Position numbers and translations under genes: made by a program
Notes under the pieces: model-generated
Seen by the model: only the letters and a program-made list of their open reading frames with translations
What the model was told of the DNA's origin: nothing
The model's database searches: none
Assembly: GCA_964016885.1 (NCBI GenBank)
Contig: OZ024742.1
Span: 162,192,001-162,256,000, forward strand
Reading direction: 5' to 3'
Source: Eledone cirrhosa
Taxonomy: Eukaryota
DNA length: 64,000 nt
Shown: one piece after another, positions 16,740-29,690 of the stretch
Layout: the number at the start of each line of letters is the position of its first letter
Position numbering within the stretch: position 1 is the stretch's first letter

Positions 16740-17033
16740 GATGTGTTGTTTCCTTGAGCAAGACACTTTATTTCACATTGCTCCAGTTTACTCAGCTGTA
16801 GAAATGAGATGATAGGACTGGGTCCCTATCATTCCAAAAAGCAAAAAGCACCCAGCCCACACTGCAAAGTGGTTGTGGAGGTGCCACAGAAAATAAGCAC
16901 CCAGCACTCACTGTAAATGAGGTTGGTGTTAGGAAGGGCATCCAGCTGTAGGAATCAAGCCAGAATCAGTTCCCGTCCCACCCTTGCAAGCAGGGAAAAG
17001 CGGACGTAAAATGATGATGATGATGATGATGAT
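16740..17033 (+). mobile_element. 5'-truncated SINE with RTE-derived 3' tail and (TGA)n end
   Basis: Matches the SINE at 60747-61108; ends CCCACCCTTGCAAGCAGGGAAAAGCGGACGTAAAA(TGA)n. Confidence 0.85.
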
Positions 17034-17336
17034 ACATATATATATATACACTGACGGATACATACATACACACACATATATACATACATATACAGATACA
17101 GACACTCACACATATACGTACATTGACAGATATAGATACACATACACATATACATCCAGTGACAGATACAGACATAGACACATACATACACTGATGAATA
17201 CATACACACATACTGACACACATGGATAGACTGATGGATATATACACACATATATACATTGACAGACACGCACACATACACACACTGACATATACACGCA
17301 CACCCGTACATAGATCAAAAGATACATATACATACA

Positions 17337-17588
17337 GTGGTGAGCTATCAAGATGTGTGACTCTGTGTTGAGCTATCAATATGTGTAATTCAGTGTGGAG
17401 CTATCAAGATGTGTAACTCAGTGCTGATCTATCATGTTATGTAACTCAGTTTTGAGCTATCAAGCTATGTAACTCAATGTTGAGCTATCAAGATGTGTAA
17501 CTCAATGTTGAGCTATCAAGATGTGTAACTCACTGTTGAGCTCTCCAAATGTGTAACTCAGTGTTGAGACGTCAAAGTGTGTAACTCT
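17337..17588. repeat. 28-bp minisatellite, ~9 copies
   Basis: GAGCTATCAAGATGTGTAACTCAGTGTT-like units at 17342, 17370, 17398 and onward. Confidence 0.92.
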
Positions 17589-17911
17589 TGATTTCATGCT
17601 GCTCGTGTCCAATCACCTGGAAAAAAATGAGTTGTACTTGTGAATCAAAGGTCCATTCTTGTCCCACAATGTGTCATGCTGAATCTCCCCGAGAACTACA
17701 TACAAATAGAACACTGATCGATGAAACAAACTGAAATTCCACAACAATAATATATATATGCAAAGAACGGATGTTTAGAAAATGGCTAGTGGAATTTGAA
17801 AATTAAATGAAAGGACTTCGCTGTAAGTTTGACTAAATAAGATAGTTTAATAAATACAGGATGTATAAACTGAACAGAAAAAGATAGGCATCAGCACTAG
17901 CACACATGCAT

Positions 17912-18000
<89 letters not shown>

Positions 18001-19647
18001 TATATACACATAAACAAGACTGTTATTGCTCCAACCAGTCTTTACACCATCAATAACTACCCTAAATATACAGAGACATGCACTACACACTGTATACATA
18101 CATATATATATATATATCCCTTAATCTTGACACTGGCCTATATTACCCTTACCATAAAAACAATGAGAATCTAAATTATGTTAATTTTAAATCTAACCAC
18201 CCCACTAACATTAAAAATGCTATAGTCAGTAATATTGAAAAAAGAATCTCAAACCTATCCTCTAATAAAGATATCTTCGATGCTAACGCCAATTACTATA
18301 ATAATGCGCTTTATAAAGCCGGTTATCCTGATAAAATTAGATACAGTAAAGAAGGTCTTACAGTAAAATAATTAATTATGAACATTCCAATAAATTAAAT
18401 AAAAGACCTAGATACAAAAATATAATCTGGTATAATGCTCCTTTCTCTATATCTATTAATAATAATATTCCTAAACTATTCTTTAGGTAAACTATTCTTA
18501 GATAAACGCTTCCCTCCCTCACATATCTATAGTAAAATCTTTAACAAACATACAATAACATTTTCTTATTCCACCACTTCCATCATCTCTAACATTATCA
18601 CAACAATAAAATATTAAATAATAAATCACATCCTTCCAACACCGAGCGTCATAATAATAGCAGTAGTACTCCCGACGTCATTGTTAACTCTAGGTTAGAT
18701 TCTGTAAATTTAAATACGACGCCAAACGTAACTTCGTTGAATGTTCATAATACCAATCTAAATCAGGAAACTATTATTCCTATCGTAAATAACTTCTCCA
18801 ATCCAATTCCTTCTATAAATAACACTAGGTCACTTGTTAATAACTTTGTTAATTTCTCTAATCGCAATTGTAATTGCCCTATGTCCTCTTAATAACCATT
18901 GTCTTGATAAAAACTTAGTCTATGAATGTAAGGTTATAACTGATACCAATTCCTTTGCCCATTTCGGTTCCTTCAAAGCTAGATTTTATAATCACAATTC
19001 GTCTTTTAAATACCAACTTAAAAGAACTAACACGGCACTCTCAGAATTCATATAGTCCTTGAAAGACAAAAATATTAACTATAACATCTCTTGGAGGAAA
19101 GTTTGTTCCGTCTTTCCTTACCTGAATTCTTCCCTATCCAGAACATGTAATCTCTGCTTAGCCGAGAAATTTACCATTATATCTAATTTCAATTCTATAA
19201 TAAATAGACGCACGGATTTATTTTCTCTCTGCTTGCATACATTCCACAGAACATTCCATAAAGTATACAGCTCGTATCTCAATACCTTACTAGTTTAAAA
19301 TCCTTTTTCTCAAAGGCTTATATTTATATATCTTTTACAAATATACCCATCTTTCTACCTTATTTCAATATTATTTATTATATATTATATAATACAATTT
19401 ACTCATTCTATATCATTCCTCTTTATCATTTTCCTTTCTTGCTTTTTTCTTTTTAATTTCTAACTTTTACATATGACAATACATAAAAACAAACTTAAAC
19501 CCTAACTAATTTCTTTTAATATATTATATTATTACCATTAGAAAATATTTCGTAAACATATTTTTGATGTTAGATATTTTCTCCCTTAAACATTCTTTTC
19601 TTCTTTCCTTCCGCGCTCATTTTAAACACCTATTTACGTACACATAT

Positions 19648-20141
19648 CTATCTATCTATCTAAGGCGGGTAAAATTCCCGAGATCCATGGACTAGTTCTC
19701 TCCAGCGGTCTCTGTCCCTCAATATCGCTGCCATGTCCTGCGTCTCCAACAGACCAGTGTCTGGTAGAGAATGTTGAGAAGCCAGAGGGGATCACTAATG
19801 TAGGCGGGAAGCCGCTGGAATTGGTTAAGGACTTCCTGTATTTGGGAGCAAAGATTGGGAATACGGAAGATGATGTGGTTGAGAGGAAAAGCAGGGCCTG
19901 GGCGGCGTGCCACAGCTTGAGATCGGTGTGGAAGTCGGACCTTCGTAGAGACCTGAAAATCCGCCTCTTCATTGCTGTAGTGGAGTCTGTGCTGCTGTAT
20001 GGGTCTGAGACTTGGACACTGACCAAGAAACTCACTCAGATGGTGGATGGGTGCTACACGAGAATGCTGAGGATGGCTCTGAACATTAATCAGTATACAC
20101 TGAGGATGAAAAACGCAGAGCTGTATGGGAGCGTCCCAAAA
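19648..20141 (-). mobile_element. RTE LINE 3' fragment with 5' inversion, (TAGA)n tail and 10-bp TSD
   Basis: Minus 19648-19761 encodes ..AILRDRDRWRELV..* then (TAGA)n; plus 19762-20141 encodes KDFLYLG..VESVLLYGSETW; TSD GTACACATAT at 19638 and 20142. Confidence 0.85.
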
Positions 20142-21082
20142 GTACACATATTACATTACATAAAAACAAACTTAAACCCTAACTAATTCCTCTAAGTTCA
20201 TAACTCATTCATTCTTCTCCTTCTTTTCACATTATATCCTTAATATCCTTAATATTTTTATTTTAATAATACATATTAATAAATTCTTTTCCTCGCACAT
20301 ATTATTAAACCCTTCAATATACAAACCTTAATTTAATACTATTCTTAATTCCTTATTATATTATTATCATTAGAAAATATTTCGTAAACATATATACTTT
20401 TTGATGTTAGATATTTTCTTCCTTCCTTCCGTGCTCATTTTAAACAAACTATTGACGTACACATATTACATTACATAAAAACAAACTTAAACCCTAACTA
20501 ATTCCTCTAAATTCATAACTCATTCATTCTTCTCCTTCTTTTCACATATCCTTAGACCCATACAGCAGCACAGACTCCACTACAGCAATGAAGAGGCGGA
20601 TTTTCACATATCCTTTTCTTATCCTTAATATCATTAATATTTTTATTTTAATAATACATATTAATAAATTCTTTTCCTCGCACATATTATTAAACCCTTC
20701 AATATACAAACCTTAATTTAATACTATTCTTAATTCCATTTTCTTCATGCATAATTTTCTTCATGCATTAACTTTTAATTTCAAAATCTTTTAAATTATC
20801 TATTATCTTCCAACGGCTTTTTAATTTCTCTCTGTGAGACAATATATTTTTTTCTCAGTTGTAAACGCTATCTCTCTCTCTCTCTCTAACACCCATCTCT
20901 ACTCCTCTCTCATCCTTCCTTCTTATACTCCTACCCCACCTTCCTTTACTCTTATTTCTTCCTCTTCCTTACCTTTTCCAACCCCCCTCTCACTTTTTCC
21001 CAATCTCATACATTATTTTTTATATGTTGATTTAAAACTTCACTATTCACAAGTGTTTTTTAAACTTCATATCATGTCTCCC

Positions 21083-21153
21083 TATTTTATCTGATGAGAA
21101 CGCAGATATCATCCCATGATGATATTTGTTTTTGAAATGCGTATAATAAAATA
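21083..21153 (+). ncRNA. Type I hammerhead ribozyme at PLE 3' end
   Basis: TATTTTAT-CTGATGA-GAACGCAGATATCATC CCAT GATGATATTTGTTTTT-GAAA-TGCGTA-TA-ATAAAATA. Confidence 0.82.
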
Positions 21154-21199
21154 CATGGAACTCTTTTAACCATCTTTTGATCTTATATTATATATATAT

Positions 21200-21616
<417 letters not shown>

Positions 21617-21647
21617 CAATAATTAAAGTTCAGTTTAAGTCATTTAT

Positions 21648-21696
21648 TTGCTTACAATTGTTTCCTCCAAACCGAGGTTTGGATTCTTCGGAGCAA
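21648..21696 (-). ncRNA. Type I hammerhead with CCGAAGA core variant
   Basis: TTGCT-CCGAAGA-A TCCAAAC CTCG GTTTGGA G-GAAA-CAATTG-TA-AGCAA. Confidence 0.62.
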
Positions 21697-23629
21697 CTAT
21701 TTACTGATCTATAACATACTTGACCTCCTTTTCAACCCAAGAGACACATAAAACATATGCGCATATTGATCAACAGTGGGGTGACATTCATCAAATGATA
21801 TAGCATGGCAATTTACATATAAAGGTTACAGGATAAAAATAAAATAAAAACAAGAATGAAAATAAAGATAAACATGAAGCGTTGGCAGTCTATGAAGATA
21901 AAGCAAGAGGAAAGTATAGAGTAGTCAGTGCATGAAACAGTCTCACGTGTAGCATGCACGCGTGTCTTATTTATACATGATTAGAGTGCGTCAGAATGAT
22001 ATTTGCAGGGTCAGGCAGTTGAAGCAGGCAATCGATCTTATTATGTGGGCTGGATTATTAAGTCATTTATTCTCATACATCTGTATGATATACAGTCTCG
22101 GATGCAGGGAAACACCAAAATATCAAAAACTTTCCACATACTAAAAACCTTATTGTATCGTAGGCAAAGCCGTACCACTGTCTTCGCTCACTCCACCACT
22201 CACATAATCCATGAGACGCAATATATAGAGAACACTTGTCTATCGTATAATTCGCGGTGGTTCAGCATATAATCAAGCTATAAACCGTATCCAGTCGGTT
22301 CTTAATTAATAGATCGTGCTGTCCAGATTCCGGAAGTGTCTGAATGACTAAGGGGAATTAATGCGTAAGGGGAGGTAACTAGCTAGTTATCTTAGTTAAA
22401 TTACTATCCTAAACAGCATTAATGGTGATTCAAATACGTGCCTATCATATGAAGTTATAACTAATTTCTAGAGTATGTTACCCATTTTTAGGTTAGAGAG
22501 TTGTCCATTAAGAAGTACAAGGGTGTATATATTAGGATGACTACCATCCATTACGGTGTCTCATATCTGAACGTTCTATAAGAGGAGTCAGACTCTCAAG
22601 TCACTGTTCCATGCAAATGTAATACAACAGTAGGACCTGGTATGGTCCCACTATTATATATGCCACCCGGTAGGCTCCGGGTCATTGCATGTCTGATTCT
22701 CCAGTAAATCTTCGGTATGGTCCGGAGATCCAATTTCTCATATAAAGGCACTAGTCTGGCCATCAAGCAATAGACAACCCCCGTCTCATATATAAATCAA
22801 TTAAGTATCACATCTACAAGCCAGAGTGGAGTCTATTAATAGGTACTAAAGGAGTTCACATCAAGATGATTACAATCTGGAGGTTAAATCTCTCATAGCA
22901 GGGCACCTGTCTGGCCACCAAGCAATACATAAACCCACGTCCCACATATAGATCAGGTATCCCATCCACAAGTTAGAATGGAGTCCAGTAACAAGTACTA
23001 AAGGAGTTCGTATCATGATGACTACAATCCAACATGGGGTGCCACACCCGGCCAATCCATAAGAAGAGTCGGACTACATAATTAACTACATGGGTCTCAC
23101 TATCAGTAATGGTCTTATTATCATACATGACTCCCGGCGAGATTCAGGTCGTAGTATGACTGCATCGCCGGTAAGTTCACCAGGGTGGTCCGGTGGCCGG
23201 TTCTTTCGTCAAAAGGTGCCGGTCAGGTCACCAGGCAACACAGATGCTCCTAACTCATGCATCTCCCGTGCATAATTCATTGAACTGATCGTTTACAGTA
23301 TATATTCACATAACAATACGATTATCTATCTAATCATCAATCTATCTCTTGGTGGGAATCCATGCACAGGACTATGTTATCGCAACCAGTACCGTGTCCC
23401 CAGTTTATACTAAACTTATATTTGTGCAATGCAGAATAAGTAGTCCACGGTCGAGATATCAGAATTAGAGGTACAAGGGGGTATTCACAGGGTAGGTGGT
23501 GCTAAAATGCTGTCAGTATTATCTTTAGAGTATAGAAATGGGTGTGGATGTGAGGTGTAAGGTGTGCTACTGATGTTAATTGCTAGGGGTGGTGCCGGTT
23601 CCAGTCTGACATTATTATATATGGGGTTT

Positions 23630-25995
23630 AAAGTTTTGGAACGAGTGTCGGAATCGGTGTTGGCAAGTTGCGAACACTTCTGTTTTTTTATTAAGGAGAT
23701 TATGTTTAGAGAAGATGATGGTATGGGTCTCTAGTAGACAGAGGTTACAAAATTTATTAGGTGGTTTGTACGATGTTGCACTACCTACCACTTCCCATTT
23801 AAGTGTATATATTTTATTTTTAGTTTTTAGATGGTGTATGTAGCTAGATAGTGAAGTGGAGTTGGCTAGACTGTGTTTTTTGAAAGAGTGGAGGTGCGAA
23901 TTGTATCTAGTTTTGAAGCAGTTAGAAGTGGAGCCTATATAGGTTTCAGAAGAGCTGTTAGTTGTGACTGTACATGAGTATATGATATCCTTGGTTAAGC
24001 ATTTTTTATCTAAAGGGCAGGTTCTACTTGATCTACAGTTACAATTACTCTGGGTGCTAGTCTGCCGGTTACTATGCTGTGTAGAAGTTTGGATGTTAGC
24101 TATAGGGTTATGGTTATGTGGGTTGTGGTACGCAGCGTTAATGTTTACACTAGTGTTATTACTATTATTTCCATTGATATTACGGTTATTTGTTATAATG
24201 TTACTTTGACTGTTATTTTGAATGTTATTTTGAAGGTTTATCGACCGTTGTGATTTAGTTTGTTGGAAGTAAGAATTAATTTTTCTTTTATTTGTACTAG
24301 CTATGTGGTATGCTAAGTTAGGCGTAGTAGAGTATGAGATCTTAATAGTGTTTTTGTTTAAAAGGCCGTGGTACCTGTGGCCGGATGGGAAGTGTTTATC
24401 TAGTAGTGAGAAGAAAGCCCTAGGAAGGTTGGTAGAGACGTTTAAATTGAAAGGAGGGTTGAAAAATGTATTATTTCTTCTTCTATTTCTGTTTTTTATG
24501 TCTGGTGTTTTTTATGTCTGTTTTTTATGTTTCCTTTAATGTCCCTATGGTCATTTCTGTGGTGCGGGTTACTTTTGTTGTTACAATCCCTACTAGTGTG
24601 TGTGCGGTTGCTATTCCTATTATTAAATTTTCCCATGGACATGTTGTGTGAAATGATGTTGTAGCTATGTGTTTTTGTAGGTAGGAACTCTATCCCTGTA
24701 TTATGGCCTGATCTAGCTAATGCCTGATTATAATACTGCGAGTTATTGTTAAATGTGTTTATGTCATAGGATAGATTAGAGATTCTATTAGATACTCCCT
24801 TAGAGATAGAGTTCAATATAGATTTAGGGTGGTTAGACTTGGTATCTACGTAGATGAGTTTTTCATTAGGTTTGTGGAAAGGTGCATATATCATTGAGTC
24901 TAAGTAGAGTGTGGCGTCTAGGAAGTTGACGTTTTTGGTGTTTTTGTCCATGGTAATACTAAGGTTAAAGTTTTTAAATGTTTTGTGCAATAGTTTTCTA
25001 GTCCTTTCTATATTGAATTTTTTATAATCTATAAGTAGAAGTGCATCGTCGCGATACAAACCACCGCTGAGGTACGGGAGTTCTCTGTGGATTAGGTTAA
25101 GTAAGTATAGGCCAACTAAATCAGTGACCTGCGCCGAGTCGCTAGACCCCATAGTAATGTCGAAGTTGTTTTGCGTATCCTTGCGGGTCCATAATTGGTC
25201 TTCAAAGGTGATTATTGTTTTACGGGCCGCAAGTATGACATCAATCTGGGGTCTAGTCAAGTCACTATTGTCCATGGCCATTATAAGTGCCTTATTTAGT
25301 AGGATAGGGGAAATAGAGGTGTTGTAAGAGTTGATATCAAATTGAATAAATTTTTTATCCTTGTTATCTATGATATTTTTGAACCATTCAATCACTTCAC
25401 CCGTATTTCCCCATTGTTTAAGGTAAATCTTGTGTTTAATCTGTGGGATGATTTTGTCTAGGATTTTTTTACTGATAATGCCAATGTCAGACCTGGAGGG
25501 GCAGATTAGTCTAATCGAGGGGTTGCTAATGAAGTCTACCTTATGGTCCTTCAGAGAGAATCTAGGGGGGGTTTGGGGTGTAAGGTTGTGTATGTCTCTG
25601 GAGCCCTAGTTTGGATACTATATTATAGCCTTCCATATTAATATCTTCTAAGTTTTTCATAGTGGTTTTCTTGTAGCTTTTATGTAGTTCATTATATATA
25701 AACTTTCTATACATATTATAATCTAGGCTGTATATGTTATTAGTTTTGTCGGCATGTACAAAAATTTTACTACTAGTTTTGAAGTCATTAATAGAGGTGC
25801 TAAGTTTGTTTAAGAAGGTGTTGTTTTTATTATGGTGTTTTTTGTATTTAATGTTTTTAACTAGTTTAATTAGGTCGTTTTCGAAGTGGTTTAGTAGTGT
25901 GTTATGAGGGGGGCTTCTAAATGTTTTAAAGCCGAAGGAGTCAAATTTGTTGGTGTTATTATCCTTGCCAGATTTGTTTCTATCATAATGGAATG
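23630..25995 (-). pseudogene. PLE RT/GIY-YIG polyprotein, frameshifted
   Basis: ORFs 25562-26116 (part) and 24496-25395, plus GIY-YIG remnants at 23630-24050. Confidence 0.9.
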
Positions 25996-26017
25996 TCCTC
26001 CATATATATATATATAT

Positions 26018-26343
26018 CATCATCATCATCATCATCATCATTATTTTACGTCCACTTTTTCCTGCTTGCAAGGGTGGGACGGGAACTGATTCTGGCTTGG
26101 TTTCTACCAACCTCATTTACAGTGAGTGCTAGGTGCTTTTTTTCCGTGGCACCTCCACGACCACTTTGCAGTGGAATGATAGGGACTGGGACCTCAGTCC
26201 CTATCATCTCATTTCTACAGCTGAGTAAACTGGAGCAATGTGAAATAAAGTGTCTTGCTCAAGGAAACAACACGTCACCGGTCTGAGAATTGAACTCACA
26301 ACCTTTCACAAAGCCAATGCTCTAACCACTAAGCCATGTGCCT

Positions 26344-26347
<4 letters not shown>
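26018..26347 (-). mobile_element. tRNA-derived SINE with CORE-like body and RTE-derived tail
   Basis: Reverse complement of the SINE at 60747-61108. Confidence 0.88.
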
Positions 26348-26402
<55 letters not shown>

Positions 26403-26479
26403 ATAATAATAAATTTGAAGACTAAAATCCAAAGAGGGCTCGATAAGGATAAATATATATCAAATATATAAGAACCGTA

Positions 26480-27570
26480 GAGCAAATATTTATTAAAATA
26501 AGAGATTAAAGTTTAAGCAAAGAATCGCTGCTTACACCCTTAACGGGATCTTCTGAAACTAACAAAGTCAATCTGTGAATGCAGAAGTGAATATTTCAAA
26601 AAACGTTGCAACCGGAGGAAGACAGGAAGACGATACTTTGGTTCGTGGAAACGTTCCCTGGCAAAGAACGGGAAAAAACGAAAATAATACGACATTATTT
26701 GGAACGGTGAAAAACAATTACACGCAAAGACAAAACCACGTTTATGGTATAAAAGAAGTTGTAAACTAATATTCTCTTAGGTGGTTCATAGAGACGTTCT
26801 CTGGCAATGAACGGAAAAAACGAAGATAATACGTCACATATGGAACGTGGAGAACAATTGCACGCAAAGACAAAACCACGTAAATGGTATAACTGAAGTC
26901 GTAGACTAAAATTCTAACTAGGAAACCGAATGATTCTCGGCTTCAGAGTTAAGAATAAAGTAAATAAAATACAGAGGTAATTGAAATTAAATAAATACAT
27001 ACACGCATCCATATACGTGCATACACAAGCATACGCGAAAACACTCGCCATAGGTATACAAATACACGCACATATAAATATGTGTGTGTGTGCGTGTATA
27101 CAAATAATTAAATAAACGTATATAAATAAATAAATACGTATATAACAAGCGCACACACATACCTACATGTAAATACACATATGTTAGGAGACGTACGTCA
27201 ACCAAAACACGAAGTACACATATACACACACCCTACATACGTACGAATCCGCATACTCACACGGACGCAAAACTCACGTATACACATAACCAAAAGCATA
27301 TGTACCAGAATATATAAAATATACGCCATAATCTATACAATCAAATATACGTACGAGAAAGTATACGTATATTTAGTACGTATACTTTCTCGTACGTATA
27401 TTTGATTGTATATGTTATGGCGTATATTTTATATATTCTGGTACATATGCTTTTGGTTATGTGTATACGTGAGTTTTGCGTCTGTGTGAGTATGCGGGTT
27501 CGTACGTATGTAGGGTGTGTGTATATGTGTACTTCGTATTTTGGTTGACGTACAACGAACATGTGTATTT
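26480..27570 (-). mobile_element. PLE pseudo-LTR/tail copy ending in a ~200-bp-arm fold-back (centre ~27373)
   Basis: 26480-27369 is the reverse complement of 44675-45572; 27377-27570 mirrors 27170-27369. Confidence 0.85.
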
Positions 27571-27697
27571 GCGAACATATGTGTATGTGCTATATCTTTA
27601 CTTATGTTAATTATTTTCAACTGAACCAGATCAATAATGATATATAATCATTTGATCCAGAAATATTATATGGAGTAGCGAAACAATTGTAAACGGA

Positions 27698-27750
<53 letters not shown>

Positions 27751-27751
<1 letters not shown>

Positions 27752-29632
27752 AGTTGCATTTATCTTGCTTTATGTTCATACGAGTTATAACCAACTCACA
27801 ACCAGTGACCTCAAGAGACAACAAGGTCCGCCATGTTCAAGAAAGAACATACATACTCACACATGCATCTTTAGTGTTTAGACTTGTGATGTACTTATAT
27901 TGACAGAATCTTCCTTAGTATATGGGCAGTTCCCATTAGTACTATCTTTTGTATTTCTCCTATACGCGGGTTTCCTGGGATCTGCGATAAGTAATCATTA
28001 GACCCCTTAGGTATCATTCCCAGAGCGCCTACAACCACTGGTATTGTTTTAGTTCTCAATTTCCACATTTTTCCAATTTCTATCTCCAGGTCCTTATACT
28101 TGCTCAATTTTTCAAATATTTTTATAGATACATTCTTGTCTATTGGAACAGACATATCAATTAGCAGGCATACACTCTTTTTAAAGTCCTTCAATATTAT
28201 ATCAGGTCTATTTGCATCTATTTTTCGGTCTGTTTGGATGCTAAAGTTCTACAAGATTGAGATGTGATCTTTTTCAAGTATGGGAGGTGGTTGATGCTCC
28301 CACCAATTCTTTTGATGGGGCAGGTCAAAATGCTTACACATTATCCAATGTATGTATTGTGCAGCTCTGTCATGCCTGTTTAGGTATTCGGTTGGAGCTA
28401 TAGGACTGCACATTGAAATTATATGGTCAATGGTCTCTGGTTGTTTTTTGCATACACGGCATAATGGACTGCATCCATTTTTTATTATGTTGGCTTGGTA
28501 ATTTTTTGTTGGCAGACACTGATCTTGTGCTGATATAATCAGTCCTTCAGTCTCCGATTTCAGTCCAGAGGATGCCAACCACTGATGGGTTAAAGTTTTG
28601 TCAACATCAGGATTGTTAGCTCGCTCTGGGTATTTTCCATACAGAGGCTTTTCTTGCCATTTCTTAGCCAGTTTCTGTAGCAGTTCTTTCTTTGCAGTTA
28701 CTTTTACCTGCTTTGCTTTTTCTGTGTTTTCCATTTCAGCAGTAAATGGGACTTCTGAAATTTGTAGTCCATTACTGTATCTTTGTGCATCTTTTGTAAT
28801 GGAATATGATCTTTTGATGCTTTCGTGTTTCAAAACGAGTTTGATCATCCAATCATGTGATTCCCTTAGATATGTAGATAATCCAATTGTTGCAGTTTTC
28901 AACGCAATGTCTAACTGGATTAACCCACGTCCTCCTTCTTTCCTAGGGAGATATATTCTATCTATATCTGCCTTAGGGTGATGCATTCTGTGCATGGTTA
29001 AGAATTTTCAAATTTTTGTATCGAGCCTACGGATCTCTGTGCTTGACCAGTTGATAACATTGTAACTGTAGGTTACTACTGGTATGGCAAGCGTGTTTAT
29101 GGCATCGATCCTATTCCTTGCATTCAATTCCGTTCTTAAGATTGCTCTTACTCTGCGGTAACATTCCTTCCTTATCCTTTCCCTCATTGTCGAGTGCTTG
29201 ATTCCGTCTCCTTCACAAACACCTAGATATTTGTAAGTTTTTCCTTGATCAAGTTCTCTCATCACGTTCCCCCGATCAAGATTAATGTCTGAACTCTTCA
29301 GCAGCTTTCCTCTGGTGAACGTTGCTTTGGCGCATTTATCTAGTCCAAACTCCATTTTAATGTCATCACTGAACTGCTCCACAATGGATAATAGCCCTTG
29401 TAATTGTTCATCATTTTTTGCAAATAGTTTCAGGTCATCCATGTAGAACAAGTGATTAATGATTTTGTCATAGACTTTATATCCATGTTTTGTTTCATTG
29501 AGCATTTTACTTAATGGTATAAGTGCGATGCAGAATAAAAGCGGTGATAAAGAGTCACCCTGAAAAATTCCACAATTAATATTAACTTCTCCAGCTTCCA
29601 GTGATTTTGTTTCACTATTCAAAAGGAGTGTC

Positions 29633-29635
<3 letters not shown>
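27751..29635 (-). mobile_element. R4/Dong-clade non-LTR retrotransposon, family A, 5'-truncated (A1)
   Basis: GIFQGDSLSPLLF, YMDDLKL, CRVC...HIISMC/RHD, RPDII..LIDMSVP..KY; (TAA)n on both sides. Confidence 0.93.

Positions 29636-29689
<54 letters not shown>

Positions 29690-29690
<1 letters not shown>

Larger units (their letters stand above)
18117..21185 (+). mobile_element. Penelope-like element (Naiad-type), 5'-truncated and decayed, with long 3' tail ending in a hammerhead
   Basis: SLNLDTGLYYPYHK, SNHP, NCNC, CPLNNHCL..NLVYEC, CNLCLAEK (18118-19298); internally duplicated AT-rich tail. Confidence 0.88.

Noticed and set aside
17337-17588. 28-bp repeats as a CRISPR array
   Set aside because: Contiguous units without spacers, in a eukaryotic context
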